DNA from: Macrostomum lignano
Lineage: Eukaryota
DNA length: 64,000 nt
Assembly (NCBI GenBank): GCA_002269645.1
Contig: NIVC01000006.1
Span: 682,001 to 746,000 of the forward strand
Direction: 5' to 3'
Shown: in pieces, positions 47,193-59,205 of the stretch
Layout of the letters: the number at the start of each line of letters is the position of its first letter
How positions within the stretch are numbered: position 1 is the first letter of the stretch
Program-made: the position numbers and the translations under genes
Notes under the pieces: generated by a model
The model's database searches: none
Told to the model about the DNA's origin: nothing
What the model saw: the letters and a program-made list of their open reading frames with translations, nothing else

Positions 47193-48455
47193 CAAGTTCG
47201 AAGACGCTAAGTGACGGTGTAATGATGGTGAATGATCGATGTGAAATTTGGTTATTAAGAAACAGTCTTAGTCCGTTTCTTGTCGCTGCAGCCTCTGATG
47301 TCCCGCCACTTGCCCACGTTCTCCATTGTTTTCAAACAGGAAATTAATTTTCCATGGAGCGCTTCTCGCTATTCACCTTAATGTGGACAGGTTTTTGCCT
47401 GAATTCGATCATCCTGTGAAGCCCGTGAAACTTCATTCCGTGCGATCGATAGAATTAGAGAGCTGACGTGTGCAGTACATAGGAAAACTGTTGTGGCAAG
47501 TAAGCATTAGCTTCTGTACCTTTTCTCTGGGGCGAATAGAAGATCTTCCGATACCGAGTGGATTTCGGCTGGGTAGAGCAAATCCGCCTCGACAAGGTAG
47601 CCGATTGGAGCGTCATCATCAAGGTCAAGAAAGCGGCAGTCGGACCAGGGCAAATCCGAAAACCTTCAAGACCTTCAGTAGACTAATTTACCACTTCGCA
47701 GTTCACCAAGTTCACAAAGTTCACCAAGACAATAAACCCAGCAAAATAATCAACGTTGCAGCAACGCTACATATCAAACGGCAATTGTGCTGCCAGGCAA
47801 ATAATTAGGATTTTGTAGTTACTGAATAACCGGTTCAAAAATACGGTAAATAAAGCCGGGCGGGAAGCAGAAAAACAAAAATCTAAAAGTGAGAATATTA
47901 GACAGATATTTGGTAACATTGGCAGGCTAGTGGGTTAAGGAAGAGTCGGAAGCCGATTGAGATGGAGCCCAGAGCTCTTCCAGTTTAAGCAGGTGCAAAG
48001 CACGGCGATGCAAGTCACTCCCAGCCCGCACTCCGCAAGTTCGCAGAGGTTTGTAGAAAACGCCTATAATTCAGCCACTATTGTTAAGCAAGCAGCTGTC
48101 TACCCCCCCACCCCCAGACTCTCTCTAATAGAGCCTCCCCATCCTATGGCCTGAAGGATGTTTATAATACGAAAAATATTTCACAATAGAGACAGCAGCT
48201 ATAAATAGCTTGAAGGTGTACAAAGTTGACAGCATAGCTGTGCACACGAACGCTTCTATTGTGCAATAGAGAATTTCTATTGGCGGACAGAGCCTGGCCC
48301 ACATCGCTGATGCCGACTATGAGCAGAAAAAAAAGAAAAAAAACACTTTATACATGTACATGCACATACTTTAGAGCTGCGTAAACAAGCGACAAATAGC
48401 TGCAAGAAGAGAACTTCATCTTTGAACGGAACCACAGCAGAAATTTCTAGCAGCC

Positions 48456-48957
48456 ATGCAAGCGTCAGGAATAATAGCAAACTTAGCCTTAATTGCACTT
48501 TGTCTGTTTGCCTTCCACGGCATAATTGGTAAGTTTTCAAGTCTGGTATGCGGAGTCAAGTTTTGTGTTAATTGAGCACCATTTTTATTGACATTAAAAA
48601 CGAATTTGCAGGGCCAACTGAGGCAGCGGACTGCTCAACTGTCACCTGCAACAACGGCGGCACCTGCAACAACTTTACAGTCAGCCCGCCCTGCCTCTGC
48701 CCGCTGCCCTACATTGCACCGTACTGCTCAGCTGCTGCAGACTACTGCTTCACCCTGCAGCCTGACAAGGGCATCAACGCACTGCCTGTGTGCCAGAATG
48801 GCGGCACCTGCACTCTGACCTACACCGATCCGTACTTTAACTGCAGCTGCTCCGATGGCTACACAGGTTAATGAGCTAATGCCTAGTCTGTTTCTTTGTC
48901 TGTCTGTCTGTCTGTCTGTCTGCTGTCTGTCTGTCTGTCTGTCTGTGTGTCTGTGTT

Positions 48958-49036
<79 letters not shown>

Positions 49037-49129
49037 TTCTGTCTGTCTGTCTGTCTATCTGTCTGTCTGTCTGCCTGTCTGTTAGAGTGTCTGTCTGTCT
49101 GTCTGTCTGTCTTTCTGTCTGTCTGTCTT

Positions 49130-49192
<63 letters not shown>

Positions 49193-49265
49193 TTCTGTCT
49201 GTCTGTCTGCCTGTCTGTTAGAGTGTCTGTCTTTATGTCTGTCTGTCTGTCTGTCTGTCTGTCTT

Positions 49266-49326
<61 letters not shown>

Positions 49327-49342
49327 GTGTCTGTCTGTCTGC

Positions 49343-49405
<63 letters not shown>

Positions 49406-49416
49406 GTGTCTGTCTT

Positions 49417-49481
<65 letters not shown>

Positions 49482-49492
49482 GTGTCTGTCTT

Positions 49493-49523
<31 letters not shown>

Positions 49524-49542
49524 GTCTGCCTGTCTGTTAGAG

Positions 49543-49591
<49 letters not shown>

Positions 49592-49592
49592 T

Positions 49593-49655
<63 letters not shown>

Positions 49656-49782
49656 GCCTGTCTGTTAGAGTGTCTGTCTGTCTGTCTGTCTGTCTTTCTG
49701 TCCGTCTGTCTGCCTGTCTGTTAGAGTGTCTGTCTGTCTGTCTGTCTGTTTTTCTGTCTGTCTGTCTGCCTGTCTGTTAGAG

Positions 49783-49849
<67 letters not shown>

Positions 49850-50393
49850 GTGTCTGCTGTCTGTGTGTCTGTCTGTCTGTCTGTCTGTCTGTCTTTCTGT
49901 CTGTCTGTCTGTCTGTCTGTTAGAGTGTCTGACTGTCTGTCTGTTCTTACGCTATAAAGCAATTAGAATTACACAACTGGTGTACAAAACCACAAAGCAA
50001 TGCACATGTGATCCAGCAAAATTTCGCCTATATTTGATGGTGTTTGCTGTCTGACTGAGGCTCTGGCATCGCCACCCACTTTAATTTCACTTCTATTGTC
50101 TAAACTTGTGCACAGGTGTGCGCTGCAACGCAACGGTAACAACCACAGCGCCCCTGTCTAAAACAACAGAGCAGGGATTAACAGGCGGCGAAATAGCGGC
50201 GATTGTGATTTGCATTACTTTCGTTGTCGCGGGCGTTGTAATTGTGATATTGATTTTCTGCAAAGTCATTCCTGTAACAGAGTCATGCACTCTGTGCGTT
50301 GATAGTTGTCACAGCTCCTGCAATTGCCAGTGCGAGTGCTGCCAGTGCGAGTGCGAATGCCGCAGATCGGTAAGCACAGAATGCACTCTGTAG
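48456..50393 (+). CDS. EGF paralog 2 (201 aa): signal peptide, 2 EGF, TM, Cys-rich cytoplasmic tail
   Basis: Exons 48456-48528, 48612-48866, 50116-50393 total 606 nt, phase-1 introns. Tail [29 protein letters not shown]. Confidence 0.87.
48890..49945. repeat. ~1-kb (CTGT)n microsatellite, intron 2 of EGF paralog 2
   Basis: Directly visible. Confidence 0.97.
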
Positions 50394-50775
50394 TGAGCCC
50401 GATTCAAATTGGTTCTCACAATCTGATTCACCAATTGCAACTTCAGGAAGTCAACCCAGAATCGGAAACCGAGAAAGTCTGATGAAACGAAAATTGTACT
50501 TTTGAAACCGTATATAACCGCAGACATTTGACTAGGTAAAAAATAACTTTGTATATACCGGTAAATTTGCTTTTCAAAAATGATTTTTAAATCATAAGCT
50601 CATTTTGTTTTTCTATTTTTTTGGCTTACTGATTAGATTGAGTACTTTGATATTTTTAGGATGTGCGCATGCGAAAAATACACTGATTTGACAGCCAGTT
50701 TGTTCCATAACCAACTGAATTGTGCTTCTTCTCCAAACTTTCAAATCGACTTTTACTGCTTGTTTTCCAGCCTTG

Positions 50776-50838
<63 letters not shown>

Positions 50839-50849
50839 AGTGTGCCAAC

Positions 50850-51570
50850 ATCCAGCGGGGTGCTGTCTCGTCCAGTGATGGCAGTCTGGAAGCCCCTCCT
50901 GATGTTGTGTGGGGATCGGCGACTATCCACACTCGGGTCGATGTGGATGCTGATCAGATCGTGACGGATGAAATCCATACGCAGGATTTGAGTTTCATCA
51001 GAGCCAGAGGGTGCGTTCTTTTTTATCTTCGACAAGTCGATAGGCGGATTTTATTGTCTCCGCCTTAGCAAATAAATGAAGTGGAGGTAAATTAAGGATA
51101 TTGTTCAGCTCCTCGAAGCGGGTTGATGGGTACGCACTTGTGATGGTGTGGCAGATGCTGCCCTGCAACTGGTAGACGCGCTCACGAGCGGTCTTCTCCA
51201 GCACGAATCCAGATAGTTGGGATGTAACCCAAGTGCCAACGATTAAGCAACTCAGAGAAAAGTCTGCAAAACTTTGCAGCTTAAGCGCCTCCTGGAGAAT
51301 ACAAGAAGCGATGTTATCGGAGCGATTTGAACGGCTTAAACGAATTATTTGCCGCCAGCTGAAGCAGTGGGCGGAAAGCAAAAGAAGTGGGCGATCGCTG
51401 GGTCTCAGCTGGGTCGCTGGGTCTCAGCAGGGTTGCTGTTGACCACATACTCCAGGTCATCAACCTGCGGAAAGCAGGTGAACAATAGTAGATTAAGCGA
51501 GCCTTCAGCACTGGTAGTGTAGGTTCCCATCAATGTTGCCCTAAGCAGCCAGTTGTGGACCTGATTGAGG
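50850..51570 (-). mobile_element. Degenerate non-LTR retrotransposon fragment (post-RT region, R1/LOA-like)
   Basis: Minus-strand peptide QLQGSICHTITSAYPSTRFEELNNILNLPPLHLFAKAETIKSAYRL resembles the conserved ...ITGAxxTTP..ALE.LLNLPPLHL....A..SAYRL segment that follows the RT domain; frames are interrupted. Confidence 0.6.
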
Positions 51571-52376
51571 GCGTTTTTAGAAATGAGAGTGAAATCAGTA
51601 ACCTCGCGCTTCAGGTGGGTAATGCAGGCTTTCAGGTGGGTAATATTGTCTTCAGATGTGCAATATTGGCTTTGCATAGGCAATAAATGATTTATGTGGG
51701 TAATATTGACAGGCTAGTGGGCAAAGGTATAAGGATCATATTTAATCTAATATAATTTAGGGAGCATAGTAGGGAACATTGAGAATAGGATTTTGGTTAA
51801 GTTAGGTTAGGAACTTGCAATGTTATCAGAGCGTGGTGAAGTGCTGTGGACAGCTGCCTCTTACAAAAAGCCACAAGTGCTTGATGGACGGCGCATTGCA
51901 AACGGCGAGTGCAGACCGCCCTAAAAGTCCACTTAAAGTCCCTAAAAGTTTATTTTATCTCTTTTTATGTGGGTTGGGGATTCATTGATTTGTCTTACTG
52001 AAGATGATGACCAGCGAAGGCTGAGAGAGCTAGAAACTTATTTAAGGGAGTGGAGGAAGCCGATTGAGATGGATGCACGACCGCAGCCCGCACTTCGCCC
52101 AATATTGTTAAACAAGTAGTGCAGTCTCACCCCCAGGCTCTGCTACCTCTCCAGCCTCTCCACCCTAGCCTTTAGGAATATCCTGAATGTGTACAAAGCA
52201 GACAACAAAGTTGTGCACACGAACGCGTCTAAAGTGCGAATTTTTTTTGACGGACGAGAGCTGGTCAACATGGCTGATGTGCTGACTATGAGCAGAAAAA
52301 AAGAAAAATACTTTATAACATGCACAGAAGAGAATTTCATCTTTGAATGGCACAGCAGCACAGATTTAAAACAGCC

Positions 52377-53207
52377 ATGCAAGCGTCAGCAATAATTGCA
52401 AATTTAGCCTTAATTGCACTTTGTCTGGTTGCCTTCCTCGAAATGAGTAAGTTTTTATTAAGTCAAGTGTTTGACAGAGTCAATTTTGTGTTAATTGAGT
52501 CACCATTTTATTAAATAACTGCAATTGAAAATGAATTTGCAGGGCCAACTGAGGCAGCGGACTGCTCAACGGTCACCTGCTACAACGGCGGCACCTGCAA
52601 CAACTTTACAGTCAGCCCGCCCTGCCTGTGCCCGCTGCCCTACATCGCACCTAACTGTTCAGCTGCTGCAGACTACTGCTTCACCCTGCAGCCTGACAAG
52701 GGCATCACGGAGTTGCCTGTGTGCCTGAATGACGGCAACTGCACTCGGGCTTACACCGATCCGATGGCTACACAGGTAGCTAATAGATTTGGTTAATGCC
52801 TAGTCTGTTTGTCTGTCTGCCTGTCTTTCGTCTGTCAGCGGAGGTGAATCACAACTAATGTGTACACAGAATCACAAAAAATTGCCGCTTGGTCAAGCAA
52901 CCATCGGCCTGCATTTGATAACGTCCGTCCACTTGTTGGAGTCTCTTGGTCTGATTTGCCATCCACTACCCATTTTCATTGTCTAAAATTTTGTGTAGGT
53001 GTGCGCTGCAATGCAACGGAAGCAACTACGGTAACAACCACAGCGCCATCTACAGCAGAGCCGGGATTAACAGACGGAGAAACAGCGGCAATTGTGGTTT
53101 GCGCAGTTATCGCTGCCGCAGCTGTTGTAATTGTGATATTGATTGTCACCAAAGTCATTCCTGTACCATGCGGCGGCAGCTCGGTAAGTGCAGAAAGCAC
53201 TCTATAA
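52377..53207 (+). pseudogene. EGF paralog 3 with a 22-bp frameshifting deletion in exon 2 (pseudogene or truncated secreted form)
   Basis: Exons 52377-52446, 52543-52775 (233 nt versus 255 nt in the paralogs), 52999-53207. TACTTTAACTGCAGCTGCTCCG of paralog 2 is missing after ACCGATCCG. Confidence 0.82.
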
Positions 53208-54485
53208 CTGTGAACCCGGTTCAAACTTGGGTCTCACAATCTGACCCACCAATCGCAATTTCAGTCAGTCGGCCCGGCAAAATCCTGATTAAACGAAAAT
53301 TGCACGTTTAGAAGCTTCTCCGCAGACTTTTTTAACCGATTATTGCACGTTTGAACAGAACAATAGTTCAGTATATAAATTAGCATTTCAAAAATGGTCT
53401 TAAAAATCCTAATCTCATATTTTTTCTCTATGACTTTGCTTACTGTCTACTGCAGGCAATAATACACAGATGTTATCTATTTCTTTTTTTCCATATTTTA
53501 TCAGTCGTCACTTTGCCTGTCTGTCCGTCTTAAAAGTTCGTTCACACCGATCAAAATCTTAGCTTCTGTTAAGCAATGGAGAGATAGCCATTATAAAGTT
53601 TTACGATCGTACTTTCAGTGTATCTGGCATAACAGCCAAGTCAAGTGCAATTTAACCTATCAGAACGCTTCTCAATGTTACCCCATTGTGCCGCAATGAC
53701 AACGATCTGGATATAAAAGGCCAAATCAAGTGCGACCGAAAGCAACTCAACAGTAAAACGGCTGCCGCACGAGCCAGAATATCCGCTGGGGAGAAGCAGC
53801 GATTGATGGACGCAGTTGAGCGAGGAGAATACTGCTTGGACTTGGCAGAGTGCCAGCTGATCATAAGAGAAATATGCAGAAATGAACGGCCCGCTGCTTG
53901 AAATGCCAATGATGCACTTGACTAGATATTTTGGTAACTCTGAATTGACAATTTGCAATACTGATTTGGCTTGCTGCAATTTGACTTGAATATGCCGCAC
54001 TTGAACAGATTTATTTTGCATTTATAAATCAGTTAGAAAGGCGCACCCAGTGTGAATCAAGGTAAAGACACAACCTGTCAAATGCACTGAAGAAAGTGCA
54101 TGATAAACTACAATACTAGGCCAGCCAAGTCGCCAAAATTTCCATTATAGATTTCGTTCGTAAATGCTCATCTGCAACATTCCTCAGTCAGCGCTAAAGC
54201 TCAGAAGTTCACCAAGACAATAAATCCAAAATTTTATATTCAAAGTTGCAGCATTGCTAAAAAGTCAAGCGCCCATTGTGCTGCCTGGCAAAGAAGTTGC
54301 ATTTTATATTTCCTGAATAACCGGTTCAAGAATAAACAAAGCCGGGCGAGAAAGCATAAAAACAAAAATCCAGTTGATAAATGCGAGAAAATTAGAGAAA
54401 AATGAAAATGCTAAAATAATAAATTTGCCGCCCGTCCAAGCTACTGTTAGTAGAAATGAGGGATTTTTTTTAGAGAAATGAGGGC

Positions 54486-57400
54486 TCACAGCAGGTCGTA
54501 GAACCGGGGTCGCCGGGAGACGCCGAACCGGAGCCAGGCGGCGCGGGTCCACAGGGCGCGGGCGCTCGAGACGCCGTAGCGCAGCCGCAGCTCCTCCTCG
54601 AAGTGCCGCACCGGCCTGTGCCAGTCGACGCTGAGTCGACCCGCCGAGTGGCCGCCGACGTCGCTGCTGTCAGCGCTGGACTCGGCGTCGCTGGCTTCGC
54701 TCGCTACGCTTCTGGCGCCGCCGCTGCCGATGCTGGCCAGGGCTCTGCCGAGGCCCGAGCTGCCGAACACCAGCGACGGCCGCCAGCCTCTGCTGTACTT
54801 GGCCACGCTTTCTAGGAAACTCAGCACCGCCGTGTACGACTCGTGCTGCCTGTTGGGCGGCTTGCAGATCTGAATGTGATCGGTGGGTAGCCGGAGCACC
54901 GCGCCCACCTGGGGAGGCGGAGAGAGCAGTCTTTCAGGTGGGTAGTCAAGGCTTCAGGTGGGTAATGCAGGCTTTCAGGTGGGTAGTGAAGGCTTGAAGT
55001 GGGTAATGCAGGCTCTCAGGTGGGTAATGCAGGCTTCAGGTGGGTAATGCAGGCTTTCAGGTGGGTAATATTGGCTTTCAGGTGGGTAATGCAGGCTTTC
55101 AGGTGGGTAATGCAGGCTTCAGGTGGGTAATGCAGGCTTTCAGGTGGGTAATATTGGCTTTCAGGTGGGTAATGCAGGCTTTCAGGTGGGTAATGCAGGC
55201 TTTCGGGTGGGTAATATTGGCTTTCAGGTGGGTAATGCAGGCTTTCAGGTGGGTAATGCAGGCTTTCAGGTGGGTAATGCAGGCTTCAGGTGGGAATATT
55301 GGATTTCAGGTGGGTAATGCAGGCTTCAGGTGGGTAATATTGGATTTCAGGTGGGTAATGCAGGCTTCAGGTGGGTAATATTGGATTTCAGGTGGGTAAT
55401 GCAGGCTTTCAGGTGGGTAGTGAAGGCTTGAAGTGGGTAATGCAGGCTTCAGGTGGGTAATTCAGGCTTCAGGTGGGTAATGCAGGCTTCAGGTGGGTAA
55501 TGTAGGCTTCAGGTGGGTAATATTGGCTTTCACGTGGGTAATATTGGCTTTCAGGTGGGTAATGCAGGCTTCAGGTGGGTAATGCAGGCTTCAGGTGGGT
55601 AATGTAGGCTTCAGGTGGGTAATATTGGCTTTCACGTGGGTAATATTGGCTTTCAGGTGGGTAATGCAGGCTTCAGGTGGGTAATGCAGGCTTCAGGTGG
55701 GTAATATTGGATTTCAGGTGGGTAATGCAGGCTTCAGGTGGGTAATGCAGGCTTCAGGTGGGTAATGTAGGCTTCAGATGGGTAATATTGGCTTTCACGT
55801 GGGTAATATTGGCTTTCAGGTGGGTAATATTGGATTTCAGGTGGGTAATGCAGGCTTCAGGTGGGTAATGCAGGCTTCAGGTGGGTAATATTGGATTTCA
55901 GGTGGGTAATGCAGGCTTTAGGTGGGTAATGCAGGCTTCAGGTGGGTAATGTAGGCTTCAGGTGGGTAATATTGGCTTTCACGTGGGTAATATTGGCTTT
56001 CAGGTGGGTAATGCAGGCTTCAGGTGGGTAATGCAGGCTTCAGGTGGGTAATGTAGGCTTCAGGTGGGTAATGCAGGCTTTCAGGTAATATTGGCTTTCA
56101 GGTGGGTAATGCAGGCTTTCAGGTAATATTGGCTTTCAGGTGGGTAATGGAGGCTTTCAGGTAATATTGGCTTTCAGGTGGGTAATGCAGGCTTTCAGGT
56201 AATACTGGCTTTCAGGTGGGTAATGCAGGCTTTCAGGTAATATTGGCTTTCAGGTGGGTAATGCAGGCTTTCAGGTAATATTAGCTTTCAGGTGGGTAAT
56301 ATTGGCTTGAAGGTTGGTAATATTGGCTTTCAGGTTGGTAATATTGGCTTTGCATTGGCAATAAATGATTCATGTGGTTAATATTGACAGGCTAGAGGGC
56401 TAAGGTATAAGGATCAAATTTAATCTAATATAATTTAGGGGCTATTGTAGGAAAAATTGGGAATAGGATTTTGGTTAAGTTAGGTTAGGAACTTCAATGT
56501 TATCAGAGCGTGGTGAAGTGCTGTGGTCAGCTGTCACTCTTACAAAAAAGACACAACTATGTATAAGCTAGGATAGAATACCGGTAGATCAATAGCAGAA
56601 TTAAACTAAGAATTAGGCTCCGTATTATATCATCGGAAGCCGATTAAGTAGGAGCAAGGAGCTCCTCTAGATATGGCACAACAGGCAGGTTTAACGCTAA
56701 ATTTCTAGCAGGTGCAAAGCACGGCGATGCAAGTCACACCACAGCCCGCATTCCGCAAGTTCGCAGCAGAGGTTTATAGAAAGCGCCTATACTTCAGCCA
56801 CTATTGTTAAGCAAGCAGTGCGGTCTCACCCCCCTCTCTACCTAGTCTTTAGGATGTCTATAGTATAAAAAATATATCACAATAGACAGCAGATATAAAT
56901 ATCTTGAAATGTGTACAAAGCAGATAGCCAAGTTATGCACACGAACGCTTCTATTGTGCGAATTTCTATTGGCGGACAGAGGCGGGCCCACATCGCTGAT
57001 GCTGACTATGAGCAAAAAAAAAAGAAAACACTATAGATGCGCATATTTTAGAGAGCTTTCTAGAAAATAAGCGCCAAACACACGCAAAAAGAGAACTTTT
57101 TTTCTCAGAACGGAGCAACCCTGAGCAGCACAGATTCGAAACAGCCATGCAAACGTCAGGAATAATTGCAAATTTAGCCTTAATTGCACTTCGTCTGTCT
57201 GCCTTCAACGGAATAATTGGTAAGTTTTCAAGTCTAGGTATAAAGAGTCAAGTTTTGTGTTAATTGAGCAAAACCATTTTTATTGACATTAAAAATAAAT
57301 TTGCAGGGCCAACTGAGGCAGCGGACTGCTCAACTGTCACCTGCGACAACGGTGGCACCTGCAACAACTTTACAGTCAGCCCGGCCTGCCTCTGCCCGCT

Positions 57401-57615
57401 GCCCTACATCGCACCTAACTGTTCAAATGCTGCAGACTACTGCTACACCCTGCAGCCTGACAAGGGCATCACCGCACTGCCTGTGTGCCTGAATGGCGGC
57501 AACTGCACTCTGACTTACACCGATCCGTACTTTAACTGCAGCTGTCCTGATAGCCACACAGGTTAATGAGCTAATGCCTAGTCTGTTTCTTTGTCTGTCT
57601 GTCTGCCTGTCTGGC

Positions 57616-57668
<53 letters not shown>

Positions 57669-57679
57669 GCCTGTCTGGC

Positions 57680-57716
<37 letters not shown>

Positions 57717-58570
57717 TAGTGTCTGCCTGTCTGCCTGTCTGTCTGTCAGTGAGTGGAGTTGAATCACACACACAGCTGGTGTACGGGAAAATTGCCGCAT
57801 GATCAAGACACTGTTGGCTTTTGTTTTATTGTCAGAGTCTCATTACTCATAGGTCTGATTCACTTTCCACATCCTGTCTAAAATTTTGCGCAGGTTTTCG
57901 CTGCGATGAAATGGTAACAACTACGGTAACAACCACAGCGCCATCTACAGCAGAGCCGGGATTAACAGACGGAGAAACAGCGGCAATTGTGGTTTGCGCA
58001 GTTATCGCTGCCGCAGCTGTTGTAATTGTGATATTGATTGTCACCAAAGTCATTCCTGTACCATGCGGCGGCAGCTCGGTAAGTGCAGAAAGCACTCTAT
58101 AACTGTGAACCCGGTTCAAACTTGGGTCTCACAATCTGACCCACCAATCGCAATTTCAGTCAGTCGGCCCGGCAAAATCCTGATTAAACGAAAATTGCAC
58201 GTTTGAGCAGGTGCACAATGACTTTGTAAATAAATTAGAAACGTTCTTAAAAATTCTAAATAAGACCATATTTTGCTTACTCTACGATTTTGCTTACTGT
58301 CTACTTTGATTTCTAAAGATTTATCTATTTCTTTTTTCTATATTTTATCAGTCACTTTGGTCCTTAACGAAACGAATTGCGCTTTTTCTTACAACTTTCA
58401 AATAAACGTTAGTGCCTATCTGCCTGTCTGCCTATCTGCCTGTCTGCCTATCTGGCTGTCTGCCTGTCTGCCTGTCTGCCTATCTGCCTGTCTGCCTATC
58501 TGGCTGTCTGCCTATCTGTATGTCTGTCTGTCTGTCTGTCTGCCTGTCTGCCTATCTGGCTGTCTGCCTA

Positions 58571-58641
<71 letters not shown>

Positions 58642-58820
58642 GCCTGTATGCCTATCTGTATGTCTGCCTGTCTGCCTATTTGGCTGTCTGCCTGTCTGCC
58701 TATTTGGCTGTCTGCCTGTCTGCCTATCTGGCTGTCTGTATGTCTGCCTATCTGGCTGTCTGGCTGTCTGCCTATCTGGCTGTCTGCCTGTCTGCCTGTC
58801 TGCCTATTTGGCTGTCTGTA

Positions 58821-58851
<31 letters not shown>

Positions 58852-58880
58852 ATCTGTCTGTCTGTCTGTCTGTCTGCCTA

Positions 58881-58915
<35 letters not shown>

Positions 58916-59073
58916 GCCTGCATGCAATTGCGGTTCATCTTGACACAGTTTCTTTTAAAATTTGAATACCAAATGTTCATCACAACTGGCATTTGATGAG
59001 TTAAAGTTATTCTGATTCTTCGGATTGCAACTTTTTGCAAGACGATTTCGAAACTGGAGCAGGCATTGACTAC

Positions 59074-59134
<61 letters not shown>

Positions 59135-59135
59135 T

Positions 59136-59205
<70 letters not shown>

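Noticed and set aside
45216-47347. Several 300-690-aa ORFs on both strands (TGTAGYCRD etc.)
   Set aside because: 27-bp tandem repeat open in multiple frames; no unique coding sequence or synonymous-site pattern.
53641-54021. Downstream exon of EGF paralog 3, or a separate gene (ORF 53686-53901)
   Set aside because: The nearby acceptor is not in phase with the 71-aa ORF, and no homology was recognised.
43726-59205. TDRQ/VCLS-repeat ORFs
   Set aside because: (CTGT)n/(GACA)n microsatellites.
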